In this document: positions 28,677 to 48,677 of the stretch, in pieces
How the letters are laid out: each line of letters starts with the position of its first letter
Numbering within the stretch: the stretch's first letter is position 1
Assembly: GCA_009914755.4 (NCBI GenBank)
Contig: CP068257.2
Span: forward strand, 30,144,001-30,208,000
Direction of reading: 5' to 3'
Source: the human T2T-CHM13v2.0 reference genome, Homo sapiens
DNA: 64,000 bases
Position numbers and translations under genes: made by a program
Notes under the pieces: model-generated
What the model saw: only the letters and a program-made list of their open reading frames with translations
Told to the model about the DNA's origin: nothing
Database searches by the model: none

Positions 28677-28803
28677 TTTTTCTTTCTTTCTTTCTTTTTC
28701 TTTTCTCCTTCCTTCCTTCCTTCCTTCCTTCCTTCCTTCCTTCCTTCCTTCTCTCTCTCTCTCTCTCTCTGTCTTTCTTTCTTTCTTTCTTTCTCTTTCT
28801 TTC
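28634..28803. repeat. Compound (TTTC)n-(TTCC)n-(CT)n-(TTTC)n polypyrimidine microsatellite, about 170 bp (expanded tail of the adjacent minus-strand Alu)
   Basis: The plus strand is essentially all C/T for about 170 nt (tctttctttctttc…ccttccttccttcc…ctctctctctct…tttctttctttc) and abuts the Alu at 28804. Confidence 0.95.
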
Positions 28804-29790
<987 letters not shown>

Positions 29791-30295
29791 AATATTTATT
29801 GAGCACCTACTATGTGCTAGGGTTGTATCAGAGTAAAACACCTTTTCTTCCTCTAGAAACTCATTGCAAACAACTGCAACTCAAAGAAATAAGCACTAAA
29901 GTTCTAGAGTGCACAGAGGATAGGGGCAAACACTGTGTGGGGGTATAGAGAAGACTTCATGGGGAGGTGACATTTGAATGGGGTCTGGAAGGACAAGGGA
30001 GACACAGAGGGGGTGAGTCCAAGACAGAAATGACAGTGTGTACTAAATCAGGGAGAGGGTCAAGGCAATGTGTGTTGAGGTCAGTGTTGATACATTGGGT
30101 TGTGGGATTAGAAATGATGGATGGGGTAGGGTAGGTAGGCAGGAGATGACATGCAGAGGCAGGCTGGGGGTGGAAGAAGGGCTAAATGTGTCATATTAAG
30201 GAATTTGAACCTGATCCCAAAGGAAATGGGGAGTCTGAGGGCTCTGGAAATGTTTTAACCAGGAAAGTGTGCCGATTTATGTGCAGGAAGCTAGT

Positions 30296-30900
<605 letters not shown>

Positions 30901-33053
30901 TGTTGGAGGTGGACTGGGTAGGAAGGACTGGTATGTGGTGAGCCAGTGATAAAGCTCTTTTGTGCAAGTCCACTTGTTGAGTGATGGTGGAGACCTGATT
31001 GGGAGCCGTCGTGGACATAATCAGGAGGCAGCAGATGGGGAAGGTATTCGGAAGGTGGATTCCATGTCAATAATGTGGGGAAGAGGAGGTTGTGATGCTG
31101 GGCCATTTCTAGCACGGACCTTTTAAGAGGAGGCTGGCGGCTTAAACGAACGGCAGGAATTTAGTAGAGGGAATAAGTTTGGAGGTCTTAACTAAGAATT
31201 CTTAGCTACTGTCAATGAATTATTGACAAATAAATGGGTATAGGTAAAATCCTATGAGTTTAGAATGTAACAGACACTCTGATTGCAAAGTGATGAGCTC
31301 CAGCTCTATGTAGCACCCAGCATGTGTTGTTTACATGAAAGTTTGACATTTTTTAATAGTAATTTCTTATCCGAGAACTCTTCATCCTGCTAATAAATGC
31401 TTGCTTCTCTATGTGCCTGAGACCTTCAGCACATGCTTTAACCAGGCCAAAATAAAGGGACCAATACGTTTCCTAATATCCTAAAGAAGACATTGGTGAT
31501 AGATATGATTTCAGAAACAGGGACATGTAGGAAAATAACTGAAAGGACTTAGATGCAGTTAGAGTGACCCTTTTCCCCTCTTAAACCTCAATATTGCTAT
31601 CTGTGCATTCTCAGCATTGTAAGGCCAACCTGTATAACATTACTTGTGTTATGTACTTGTTCTTGAGTCAATGCCAGGGGAAAATGGACCTGGGAGAGCT
31701 CGCTTTCATAGCTCCCAAGCCTGATTAACTTCTAACGTGAACCCTCTAAAGCTTCCCCTTTGAGTCATCACTGCAGAATCAAAGTCTCCCACTTTTTCCT
31801 CTTCCATCTTCCTTTTTGATGCTGGGTCATCACCAGTGCTATTTTTCTCTAAAATGCCTGCTGGCATCTTGAGCCTGGCACCACTAAACACTAGGTAAGA
31901 GGGGCAAAGGCAATTAAGATGGGTGTGGCAGAGTTTCTGCCTTTCAGGAGCCTACAATTATGTGAAGGGATGAGACAAGGACAGGAGGCTAAAATGAAAC
32001 TCTTGTCTCAGTTTTGGCTGAGGCCTCAAGTCAATAGGTGGCAAAAACAATGGTGTTCCAAAGTCAGGGTGTGGTTTCCGATGCAGGACTTGGAGGTGGT
32101 TGAAAACCAGCTTTGAGGGCCCCCAGTTGACCACCCAGCTGCAACCTATATACCACATGGAGAGGCCGGGAGAGGGGTTGGAGATTAAAGAAATGATTTC
32201 TTGGAATAGAAATAATCCTTGTGTAAAAAGTTTTGTCCCTTCATGGAGGCAGGTTGCATGCTACCTTCCTCCTTCATGTCTGTGAGCATGGGTTCAAAGA
32301 CACCTTTCAGAGAGCATATTAGGTGTCCCCAGAAACTTAGGTAACTTGGGGTACTGGAGGCTGATTTCACAGGTACAGTCTCAAGGGGCAGAGGCTGGCC
32401 AAAGTCACAGAGAAGAGAGTTATGTGCCTGCCCTTCCACTGGCCACAGGCCAAAGATACAAGTTCACTGTGGACCAGAGGTGGGTCATATGAGAGAGAAA
32501 GCCCTGCTAGGGTTATCAGATAATTCCCAGAGCAGTAGGAAGCTAGTGGTATTGCTAGATAGCCAGGGACCAAGAGAGAGCTCTTAAGTGGCCATGTCGA
32601 TGGAATGATTTTGCCTAAGTCAAGAGCAGGACAGATGAGAAATATTCCCAGTGATGGGGGACAGGAGGGAGAGCCGAGGGAAAGAATTGGTGTTCTACAT
32701 GAGCCATGGCCTGGGGAAAACCAACATCAGATGTGTGTTTACCTCTGCCCCTCCCCCTGTCTAACCGTGGAGAGGGCAGAAGGTACAGCCTGTGAGGTGA
32801 GGGAAAGAGACAAGAAGCCAACCATGATTCCCAAGGCACCAGCCAGAAAGAGGCCTAGGTTGACCCAGGGAGGGGTGTGGACTTGAAAATAGAGATTTGG
32901 TGATTCTATGGGCTAGATGTCATGAATGCATTTTTGTGAGAGTGAGTAGTAAGCCACAGGGACCACCTGTGATTTCTTCCCAGAATGGTGAAGGACTCAG
33001 TCTCACAGGGCAGGTGGAGCAGGCCCTTTCAGGGGAAAGAAAACATCATTTTC

Positions 33054-33420
33054 TGATTGTATCTTGCTATGATTTGAATGTGTCCCCATATGTTGGAAGC
33101 TTAATCTTTAATGCAATAGTGTTAGATACGTTGCCTAATGGCTGATGTTTAGGTCATGAGGGCTTCATCTTCATGAATGGATTAATGCTGATTATAAAAG
33201 GGCTCGAGTTATTCTCTCTCTGTCTTTCACCCTCTCCTTGCCTTTCTGCCATGTGATGCGTTCTGCCATGTTATGACACAGCAAGAAGGCCCTCACAAGA
33301 TGCCAGCCCCTTGATCTTGGACTTTCCAGCCGCCAGAACTGTGAGAAATAAATCTCTGCTTATTATAAATTACCCAGTCTCAGGTATTCCCTTACAGAAG
33401 CACAAAATGGACTAAGACAC
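33054..33420 (+). mobile_element. ERVL-MaLR (MST/MLT-type) solo LTR
   Basis: tgattgtatcttgctatgatttgaatgtgtccccatatgttggaagcttaatc…gccagccccttgatcttggactttccagccgccagaactgtgagaaataaatctctgcttattataaattacccagtctcaggtattcccttacagaagcacaaaatggactaagacac. Confidence 0.5.
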
Positions 33421-33509
33421 ACCTAGTTAATTCCTCACATTCAAGTTCTAGTTATGTGCACAAGCAGTGATAATCTCAGGCAGAATAATGTGCATGGTCC
33501 TCATCCTCT

Positions 33510-33640
33510 CAATGCATACCTATCAGACATCTGCTATGTGCCAGGCACTGACTGGACTCTGGAGAACGGCAGGGAATAAAACCAGGCAAGGTATGGACCC
33601 TTCACAGAGCCGACAGTTTAGTAGAGAAGACACTAGGCCT
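33510..33640 (-). mobile_element. MIR fragment (weak)
   Basis: cagacatctgctatgtgccaggcactgactggactctgg…aaaaccaggcaaggtatggacccttcacagagc resembles the reverse complement of the MIR 3' region. Confidence 0.35.
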
Positions 33641-35097
33641 CCTGAGACAAAGTTATAGTGTCTTTTGAGAATTTGACAGGGGAAAAATTACAGGGGGGTA
33701 GAGTGAAAAGAGGAAAGCTAAGTAGAAGAGTGATGCTTGGGGCTGGATCACACAGAAGCTGTCAGACCTGGGTGGGCAGCGATGGCTGGGGTGGGGAGGT
33801 TATTCTAGACAGAATGACTGGTGTTCCGCGCCTGGGGAAAGAGAGTGGTCAGTTTCATGAGAGCACACAGTATATAGAATGAGTATGATTCCTCTTATAT
33901 GAAATAGAATAGAAGAGGCAAATCTACAGAGACAGGAAGTAGATTAGTGGTTGCCTATGGTTGAGGGGTGGGGAGAAATGGGAAGTAACCACCAATGAGT
34001 ACAGGGCTTCTTTTTGCAGTGATAATATTTTTCTAACTTCAGATTGTGGTGATGGTTGCAGTTAATATACTAAAGTCACTGAATTGTAGACTTTCAGTGA
34101 GTGAATTGCTGTGTGAATTATATCTCAAATAGGCTGAGAAACAGGGGAAGGAGAATCTAGTCACAGCAAAATAAATGTGGAATGATACAGTCAATAGAAA
34201 ATTCAGAATTTGGCAACACCGAGCAAATATGTCATTTAGAGCTACGTGGTAGGACTCTAAGCAAATCAAGACAATGATTATGAACATGTCAGGGATGGGT
34301 TAGCTTGAGGAGGTGGGAGGGGAATATGCTAAGTGAGGGAGCAGAGGGGAATGGCTAACAAACTCGACATATTTGATGATTTACTGTGAGAGGTGGTTTT
34401 GCAGGTGTGGTCTTTAGAACAATAATTTGTACAACTCTTAGGAACACTCTTTTGAATGTATGACAGGTTTTAAAATAAAGAAAGAAAAAATGGGGAGGAC
34501 AGTCAGAAATATATATGGAGAGGGCGTGCAGAGTTCAGAGTTCCAGGCAAGACATTCGTGTTTAACGAAGGAGACAGGGAGCCAGCAAAGATACTTGAGC
34601 AGGCAGCCAAGGGGATGAGAGCAGCAGGCTAGGAAGGGATCCAGGCTCTGTATGCAACATGCATGGGGGCAGGGAGGGGCCAGTGGTGGGGAGAAGCCCT
34701 AGGAGACTGGTGATAGGATCTGGGTATCTCGTAGGGTAGCAGGGATGGGAGTGCTTTGTGGGAAGTCTGAGGACCACCGGCAGAAGGGTAAAGTTGAAGA
34801 TGAAAGATCAATTATGGCACCTTGGGCAGAGATAGGGGTTCAGGAGGAGCAGCTGGAATAAACAGAAGATGAATAGTTTAGTCTTAGACATGCAAGAAAT
34901 ATAAGAAACTGTGGGGAGATTGTAACTATAACTTGGCAAATTGTAGGTTCCCAGATAATTACGGGGCCTTTATAAATTCTTTCTGTGCTTGTTTCCTTGA
35001 GAAATCTGCTCTTTATTGGTAGTCCTATCTAGAGAACTCCATATCCCCCTCTGATCTGCAGTCCTGGCTCCCACAACTTTCCAGATAGAAGAACAAT

Positions 35098-35409
<312 letters not shown>

Positions 35410-35824
35410 ATCCTGTTGCATTTTCAGGGGCTTCGCCTGGGGCCCTGGCAGTGCAGACTTGAGAGAATGCTTTCCTGTTTCCCAACTCCAAAAATTCTCC
35501 CTGAATACATTCTTCCTGAATGCTCTGGCTCCTCATTTCTTGTCTCCCTGGGAAACTAGCCTGGCTAGTGTGTGAGAAGAATTGAGGCAAAGGCCTATAG
35601 GGGAAAGAGACTCTTAGATAGGACATCAAGGATGAATGGAAGATGTCATCCATACTGGGTGGGAGGAGCAAGTGTACAGCTGCCCAAGGGAGAGACAGGA
35701 TGATTGAAGCAACAAGGCAGAATCCCAAGAGGTAGGAAAAGGCCATGTTGTTCAAGCAGTTTGGACTTGAACCTTCACCCTAAGTGTAACTGAAGCTATT
35801 GAAGGCTTTGAAGCAGGGTGGTGA

Positions 35825-36196
<372 letters not shown>

Positions 36197-36299
36197 CATA
36201 CATTATCTCATTTAATATTTTCAGTGGTTCCATGGGGGTAGGTGTCATCCTTCTGTCCATCCATCTCATAGTTTTTAAAATTAAGGGACCACTTTGTGC

Positions 36300-36385
36300 C
36301 AGTCACTATATTTACGTTCATTGGACAGATGAGGAAACTGAAGAGTTCTCACTCCCAGAGGGTCAAATCAATTCCTAAAAGGCTG
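36300..36385 (-). mobile_element. MIR fragment (weak)
   Basis: ttcattggacagatgaggaaactgaagagttctcactcccagagggtc is MIR-like (ttacagatgaggaaactgaggc…). Confidence 0.35.
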
Positions 36386-37326
36386 TAACCAGAAAGAGGC
36401 ACAGCCAGGATTCAAACCCACAAAAGCAGATTCCAGGGCTTGTCCACTGGGCCTGAGGCATGGTTCAGCCAAGCCCCCTCCCTGGGGTGGAGGTGCAGGT
36501 CCTGGGTGGATCTTAAAGGCAGCAAGGTCAGCAAGAGCCAGGGTCCTGAAGTATGAACTGATCTTGGGTAAAAAGCGGGGGTCAGTGAGGCCACTACAGG
36601 TGACATGCAGAGGATAAAAGGCACTTGGGAATGAACTTGGAAAACCTGGGCACCTGCTATTTCTCTGCTTTCTTTCTTGCTAATGGATCTCTGATTTTCT
36701 TTTTCTTGGTGGTTGGCTTGAGGGGTTGGGAGGGTGGGTAGCCATGTGTCCAGCTCCTATGAATGAATTGTGATTGCTTTTAAGCCAGTCATGGCTATGC
36801 CAATACCATTTGCCAGGTATTCACTTTGCCGCTGTCTCCTCTTGTAGCTAATGGGAGCCATTGCACCAAATTTCGCTCAATGAGATGAAAAGGAAGTCTG
36901 TTGAGGGCTTGTGAAAAATATTTTTGATCCCTGCCATAGAAGGCAGAAAAGAGGAGATCCTATGTTATCTGGCTGCCTCACTGTATGCCGACTTTGAATG
37001 CAGTCATGATTCTTGGAGCTGTGGCAGCCGTCTTGTGACCATGAAGCAATAATCACAAAGACAAAAAACCAACAAATTAATGGTGGAGACTGGAAAAAGC
37101 TAGACACCTAATGAGCCTGAGAAGTTGAACTAATGGCAGCAAATTTTCCTTCCAGACTTCTTAGTATGTGAAAAAGGTAAACTTCTAGGAGTTCATGTGT
37201 TTGCATTATTTCTAGCTGACCATGTGCCAGCTGGTATAATAAGCACAGTGGAGATGAGGTAGGAAGGAAAGGTGAACCTATTTGGAGTGCAGGGTGATGT
37301 GTTAGGAACATTGCTTTGTTTTCTAA

Positions 37327-37625
<299 letters not shown>

Positions 37626-39115
37626 TTCTAATTGTTTTATGTGTTGCACATCTTGAAGACAGAGTCACCTTTTCTTTTCTGTTTTCCCCTTCCCACTTAT
37701 ACTCTCCTCACCTCTTCTTTTCCTCTAACCCATATTAAGCCCATATGCTCAACAATCATTTTTTTTGAATAAAGAAATTTCCCCTCTTTAATTCTCATTG
37801 TACTTCTATGAAGCTATCAAAAATATTCAAGGGCAGAGACCTAAACTTTTCCACTGTGCTCATGAGGTCATTACAGATGCTTTGCTTATTTTATTTAGCG
37901 CCTTGAAAGGAAGCTGGTAATTTAGAAACTTAGATGGTTCTTTGATGAGAAAAATACCTAAAGGAGAAAATGTCACAAAAAACTTTGGGGTGGAGAGGAG
38001 GGCAGGCATAAAAATAAAATGACAAAGACAATGGAAGAACGGGAAAGGGAGGATGAAAAGAAGTCTTTTGTATCACTGGCATTTCAGGATTTTACACCAG
38101 CAGTCTCTTCTATCAATGAAGACATATTTTTGAGGTCTCTAATTATAATGGTTTCCTATGGCAGACACTGTTAGTTACCCTGCAAACAGCTATCTCCCTT
38201 ATTTTACGTCAATAGAATCCCATTTTTAATTATCCTCTAGAGTGTGGCAATGTTACTCACATGAGGATGGTCCTTACAGTGGCCCCAGACCCAGTGTAGG
38301 GAATCTTATCCTTCTCCACCCAGGGATTGGTTTATGAATGGTCATGTGACAGAATTTTGGCCAATGAGATGAGAAGGGAATCCATAGGGGTCTTATGGGA
38401 AATTTTCCTTTGCTTTTCAAAGAAGGCAGCAAGCTCCTTTTTCAGCTTCTGGTGTGCATAGGTGAGGAGGTGATGCCTGGAACTATGACAGCCTTTATTT
38501 ATTTATTTATTTATTTATTATTTAAGTTCTAGGGTACATGTGCACAACATGCAGGTTTGTTACATATGTATACATGCCATGTTGGTGTGCTGCACCCATT
38601 AACTCGTCATTTACATTAGGTATATCTCCTAATGCTTTCGCTCCCCCCTCCCCCCACCCCACGACAGGCCCCAGTGTGCAATGTTCTCCTTTCTGTGTCC
38701 AAGTGTTCTCATTGTTCAATTCCCACCTATGAGTGAGAACATGCGGTGTTTGGTTTTTTGTTCTTGTGATAGTTTGCTGAGAATGATGGTTTCCAGCTTC
38801 ATCCATGTCCCTACAAAGGACATGAACTCATCCTTTTTTATGGCTGCATAGTATTCCATGGTGTATATGTGCCATATTTTCTTAATCCAGTCTATCATTG
38901 TTGGACATTTGGGTTGATTCCAAGTCTTTGCTTTTGTGAATAGTGCCACAATAAACATATGTGTGCATGTGTCTTTATAGCAGCATGATTTATAATCCTT
39001 TGGGTATATACCCAGTAAAGGGATGGCTGGGTCAAATGGTATTTCTAGTTGTAGATCCTTGAGGAATCACCCCACTGTCTTCCAGAATGGTTGAACTAGT
39101 TTACAGTCCGTCCCA

Positions 39116-42541
<3,426 letters not shown>

Positions 42542-42548
42542 TATGATG

Positions 42549-43260
42549 TTAGCTGGTTATTTTGCTCGTTAGTTGATGCAGTTTCTTCCTAGCATTGGTG
42601 GTCTTTACAATTTGGCATGTTTTTGCAGTGGCTGATACCGGTTGTTCCTTTCCATGTTTAGTGCTTCCTTCAGGAGCTCTTGTAGGGCAGGGCTGGTGGT
42701 GACAAAATCTCAGCATTTGCTTGTCTGTAAAGGATTTTATTTCTCCTTCACTTATGAAGCTTAGTTTGGCTGGATATGAAATTCTGGGTTGAAAATTCTT
42801 TTCTTTAAGAATGTTGAATATTGGCCCCCACTCTCTTCTGGCTTGTAGAGTTTCTGCCAAGAGATCCACTGTTAGTCTGATGGGCTTCCCTTTGTGGGTA
42901 ACCTGACCTTTCTCTGGCTGCCGTTAACATTTGTTCCTTCATTTCAAATTTGGTGAATCTGACAATTATGTGTCTTGGAGTTGCTCTTCTCGAGGAGTAT
43001 CTTTGTGGCATTCTCTGTATTTCCTGAATTTGAATGTTGGCCTGCCTTGCTAGATTGGGGAAGTTCTCCTGGATAATATCCTGCAGAGTGATTTCCAACT
43101 TGGTTCCATTCTCCCCATCACTTTCAGGTACACCAATCAGATGTAGATTTGGTGTTTTCACATAGTCCCATATTTCTTGGAGGCTTTGTTCATTTCTTTT
43201 TACTCTTTTTTCTCTAAATTTCTCTTCTCGCTTCATTTCATTCATTTGATGTTCAATCAC
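42549..43260 (-). pseudogene. L1 ORF1p remnant (frameshifted into two overlapping ORFs)
   Basis: Track ORFs 42805-43260 (…MIEHQMNEMKREEKFREKRVKRNEQSLQEIWDYVK…ARQANIQIQEIQRMPQRYSSRRATPRHIIVRFTK…) and 42549-42869 (…LQARREWGPIFNILKEKNFQPRISYPAKLSFISEGEIK…) match L1 ORF1p. The overlap indicates a frameshift. Confidence 0.85.
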
Positions 43261-45740
43261 TGATACCCTTTCTTCCAGTTGATCGAATCAGCTACTGAAG
43301 CTTGTGCATTCGTCTCATAGTTCTCGTGCGATGGTTTTCAGCTCCATCAGGTCATTTAAGGACTTCTCTACACTGGTTATTCTAGTTAGCCATTCGTCTA
43401 ATCTTTTTTCAAGGTTTTTAGCTTCTTTGTGTTGGGTTTGAACTTCCTCCTTTAGCTCAGAGAAGTTTGATCATCTGAAATCTTCTTCTCTCAACTCGTC
43501 AAAGGCATTCTCCATCCAGCTTTGTTCCATTGCTGGCGAGGAGCTGTGTTCCTTTGGAGGGGGAGAGGTGCTCTGATTTTTAGAATTTTCAGCTTTTCTG
43601 CTCTGTTTTTTCCACATCTTTGTGGTTTTATCTACCTTTGGTCTTTGATGATGGTGATGTACAGATGGGGTTTTGGTGTAGATGTCCTTTCTGTTTTTTC
43701 GTTTTCCTTCTAACAGTCAGGACCCTCAGCTGCAGGTCTGTTGGAGTTTGCTGGAGGTCCACTCCAGATCCTGTTTGCCTGGGTATCAGCAGTGGAGGCT
43801 GCAGAACAGCGAATATTGCTGAACAGCAAATGTTGCTGCCTGATCATTCCTCTGGAAGCTTCATCTCAGAGGGGTACCTGGCTGTGTGAGGTGTCAGTCT
43901 GCCCCTACTGGGGGGTGCCTCCCAGTTAGGCTACTCGGGGGTCAGAGACCCAGTTGAGGAGGCAGTCTGTCCATTCTCAGATCTCAAACTCTGTGCTGGG
44001 ATAACCACTACTCTCTTCAAAGCTGTCAGACAGGGACATTTAAGTCTGCAGAGGTTTCTCCTGCCTTTTGTTCAGCTATGCCCTGCCCCCAGAGGTGGAG
44101 TCTACAGAGGCAGGCAGGCCTCCCTGAGCTGCGGTGGGCTCCACCCAGTTCGAGCTTCCTGGCTGCTTTGTTTACCTACTCAAGCCTCAGCAATGGCAGG
44201 TGCCCCTCCTCCAGCCTCGCTGCTGCCTTGCAGTTTGATCTCAGACTGCTGTGCTAGCAATGAGCGAGGCTCCGTGGGCATGGGACCCTCTGAGCCAGGC
44301 GCAGGATATAATCTCCTAGTGTGCTGTTTGCTAAGACCATTGGAAAAGCACAGTATTAGGGTGGGAGTGACCTGATTTTCCAGGTGCCATCTGCCACAGC
44401 TTCCCTTGGCTAGGAAAGGGAATTCCCTGACCCCTTGCGCTTCCCAGGTGAGGCGATGCCTCGCCCTGCTTTGGCTCACACTTGGTGCGCTGCACCCACT
44501 GTCCTGCCCCGACTGTCCAATGAGCCCCAGTGAGATGAACCCAGTACCTCAGTTGGAAATGCAGAAATCACCCGTCTTCTGCATCGCTCACGCTGGGAGC
44601 TGTAGACTGGAGCTGTTCCTATTCAGCCATCTTGGAACCCACCACCTGTGGCAGCCTTTTAGGGGCCATGAGAGATGCCCGCCCAAAAGGATAAGCCAAC
44701 ACACTGAAGCTAGTGAAAAAGAAAAACAAAAATAATCTTGAACCTTAACTTAGTTTAACCTCCGTATTAACAAACTCTGGTTATATCTGTTAATACTGAT
44801 GTAAATAAATGATTAAATAAATAAATGAAGAATAAAAAAACTCCTGTGCAGAATAATCTCAAGTAATTTATATAGCTACTCTGTCCTCAAGGAGATAGAA
44901 TGTACCCCCGCACTCCCGAAGTGTGGACTACACATAATGGCTTTTTTCTGATAAGTACACTGGGTGGAGAGAAGGGTCACTGTACAGTAGAGAAGGCTGA
45001 CAAACACCGCCTCAGTTGGTGATCACAGTTAATGTCAACAGTGATAAGTCATGTTGATAGCATGTACCTCTTACATAATGTAATGAGAATGGCACTTTCT
45101 CTCTGGTCTTGTCTGATCTTTCCCAAACCCACAACTCTGTCTAATTCATGAGACAAACATCAGACGAACCCAAGTTGAAATATGTTCTAAACAAAATTTC
45201 TTGTCAGTATTCCTCAAAACTATCAAGGAAAATTTGAGAAACTGTGACAAGAGGCACCCAAGGAGAAATGGTTACTAACTGTAATGTGGCATCCTAGATG
45301 AAATCCTGGAGGAGAAATAGGACATAAGGTGAAAAGAAAGAAAATCTGAATAAAGTATGGACTTTAATGAACAATAGTGCATCAATACTGGTTCATTAAT
45401 TATGACAAATTTACCATACTAATGAAAGATGTTAATAATAGGGCAAAGTGGGCCTGGGATTTATCAGAATTTTCTGTAAATCTAAAACTATTTTAATATT
45501 AAAAGTTTATTTTAAAAATAGAGACACTGATATCAAGAATGAAAGGTCCAATTCTAACAAAAGGTCCAACTCCAGATTCTATAGACATTAAAAGGATAAT
45601 ATTAGTAACAACTTTGTGCCAATATATTTGATAACAAATGAAAAAAAATTGTTAAAAGACACAAAGCTCACTGAGGAATAAATAGGTAACTTAAAAATTC
45701 CCGTATCTCTTAAGAGCATTAATATCTAGTTAAAAATTTT

Positions 45741-46040
45741 CGCCGGGCGCAGTGGTTCACGCCTGTAATCCCAGCACTTTGGGAGGCTGAGGCGGGTGGA
45801 TCATGAGTTCAGGAGATCGAGACCATCCTGGCTAACATGGTGAAACCCCGTCTCTACTAAAAAAAAAAATACAAAAAATTAGCCGAGCGTGGCGGTGGGC
45901 ACCTGTAGTCCCAGCTACTCGGGAGGCTGAGACAGGAGAATGGCATGAACTCAGGAGGCGGAGCTTGCAGTGAGCCAAGATCGCCACTGCACTCCAGCCT
46001 GGGTGACAAAGCAAGACTCTGTCTCAAAAAAAAAAAAAAA
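45741..46040 (+). mobile_element. AluY-like element inserted in the old L1
   Basis: gccgggcgcagtggttcacgcctgtaatcccagcactttgggaggctgaggcgggtggatcatgagttcaggagatcgagaccatcctggctaacatggtgaaaccccgtctc…poly-A. Confidence 0.95.
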
Positions 46041-48396
46041 ATTCCCACAAAGAAAACTCAAGGCCCAGTTAGTTCTATTGGGAAATTCTGCCAAACAATT
46101 AAGGGAAAAATTAAACCAATTCTACACAAAATCTTCCTAAAAATGGAAGAGAAAGGTATACTTCCGGACTGTCTTTGTTATACAATGGAATAGTATTTAG
46201 CCATAAAAAGAGTGAACTTCTGTCATTTGCAGCAGCATGGATGAAACTGGAGATCATTATGTTAACTGAATAAACCAGGCACAGAAAGACAATTATTGCA
46301 TATTCTCACTCATAAATGGGAGCTAAAAAAGTGGACCTCATGGATGTAGGTAGTAGAACGATGGTTACCAGAAGCTGGGAAGCATCAGTGGGATGGGTCA
46401 GAGGCATGCAGAGAGGTTGGTTATTGGGTACAAACATAACAGTTAGATAGGAGGAATAAGTTCTATTGTTTGATAGCACAGTAGGGTGACTACAATTAAC
46501 AATGATTTATTGTATATTTCAAAACAGCTGGAGGAGTTGAAATGCTGTCAGCACAAAGAAATGATAAATGTGTGAGGCGATGGATATCCTAATTACTCTG
46601 AGTTGATTATTATAGATGGTATGCACATATCTAAGTATCACATGTACTCTATAAATATGTACAATTATTATATATCAATTAAAAAATAGAACTACTATAT
46701 GATCCAGCAATCCTATTTCTGGATATATACCCAAAAGACATAAAAATATCAAAGAGATATCTGCACTCCCATATTCATAATTGACAAGATATGGAATCAA
46801 TTTGTGTCCACCGATGGATGAATGATAAAGGCAATGTGGATAGAATACTATTCAGCCTTAAAAAAGAAGAAACTCCTGTCATTTGTAACAATATGCATGG
46901 ACCCGGAGAACCTTATGCCAGGAAAAATAAGCCAGGCATAGAAAAACAAATGTTTCTTGATCTCACTTATACGTGGGATCTAAACATGTTGAACTCATAG
47001 AAGCAAAGAATGGAATGTGGTTGTCAGTGGCCTGGCAGGTTATGGGAGATGGGAATTGGGAGATGTTGGTCAAAGTGTCCAAGGTTCAGTTAGACAGAAT
47101 GAATAAGCTCTGCTACTATATAGTATGATGATTACAGTTAATAATAATGCATTGCATACTTGAAAATTCCTATGAGAGTGTAACTTAATGTTCTTACCAC
47201 AAAAAATAATAAGTATGTGAGGTGATGGATCTGTTAATTAGCTCAATTTAATAATTTTGCAATGTATACATATATCAAAACATCACGTTATACACCACAG
47301 ATATATACAATTTTATTTGTCAGTTGTAACTCATAAAAATAAAGATTCTAGAACGAATATATGGGTCTAGCAAGGTTGCAGGATTTAAGATTAAAAATCA
47401 TAGTATTTTTATATACTAGCAACAAACAATCAGACATTGAAACTTTAAAATACACCATTTACATTTTATCAAAAATATGAAATACTTTGAGGTAAAGATG
47501 TGAAAGACCTATTATTGAAAACTGCGTAACATTGCCAAAACAAATTAAGGAAGACCTAAGTAAATGGGGAAATATACCATGTTTACGGATTGAAAGACTC
47601 AATATTGTTAGGATGCTAATTATCTCCAAATTAATCTACAGTTTCAATGCAATTTTAATCAAAATTGCAGCAGGCTTTTGGGGGGTTGGGTAAAAATTGA
47701 TAAACTGTGTTAAAATTCACATGGAAATGCAAAGACCCCAGAACAACAACTTTGAAAAATAAGAACAAAGTTGGAGGACTTACACCACCTGACTTCAAAC
47801 TTATTATAAAGTTATAGTAACAAAGACACAGTGCAGTATTAGCACAAAGAGAGACAAATAGATAAAGGGAATACACTTGGGTCCAGAATTAGTCCTCATG
47901 TATATAGGCAAAGATTTTTGACAAAGGTACAAAGGCAGTTCAGTCAAGAAAGGATAGTCTTTTCAACAGATGATGTTGGAATAATTGAACATATACCTGC
48001 AAAAAGTTAACTTCAACCAATACCTCATAACATGTACAAAAATAACTCAAACTGGGTTATAGACCTGAATATAAAGTGTAAAATTATAAAACTTTTAGAC
48101 TAAAACGTAAGAGAAAATCTTTGTGACATTGAGTAACGTAAAAATTTGTTAGATACAAACCAAAAGTATAATCCATAAAAGAAAAAAATTGTTAAATTGG
48201 ACTGCATCAAAATTAAGAACTTTTGCTCTTCATAAGTCCCTCTAAGAGAATAAGAAAACAAACCAAAGACAGAGAAAAACTATTATTTTCCAATCACATA
48301 TCTGATAATGGACTTGTGTATGGAATATATAAATAATGCTCAAAATTCAATAATAAGAAAATAAACAATCCTAATTTTTATTTTTATCTTTAAAAA

Positions 48397-48677
48397 TTTT
48401 TTTTTGAGAAAGAGTCTAGCTCTGTTGCCCAGGCTGGAGTGCAGTGGTGTGTTTTCACTGCAACCTCCGCCTCCTGAGTTCAAGCAATTCTCCTGCCTCA
48501 GCCTTCCAAGTAGCTGGGATTACAGGCACTCGCCATCATGCCTGGTTAATTTTTGTATTTTTGTAGAGATGGGGTTTCACTATGTTGGCCAGGCTGGTCT
48601 TGAACTTCTGACCTCAGGTGATCTGCCTGCCTCAGTCTTCCAAAGTGCTGGGATTACAGGCGTGAGCCACAATCCTG
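48397..48677 (-). mobile_element. Alu inserted in the old L1 ORF2 region
   Basis: Poly-T then gagaaagagtctagctctgttgcccaggctggagtgcagtggtgtgttttcactgcaacc…gggattacaggcgtgagccacaatcctg. Confidence 0.9.

Noticed and set aside
44637-44740. Whether about 100 bp right of the L1PA 5' end (aacccaccacctgtggcagccttttaggggccatgagagatgcccgcccaaaaggataagcc…) is extra L1 5'UTR from an older L1PA subfamily or a target-site duplication
   Set aside because: I could not find a convincing TSD match to the left flank (…ggaactatgacagcc), and I cannot align it to an L1 5'UTR from memory. It is left unassigned.
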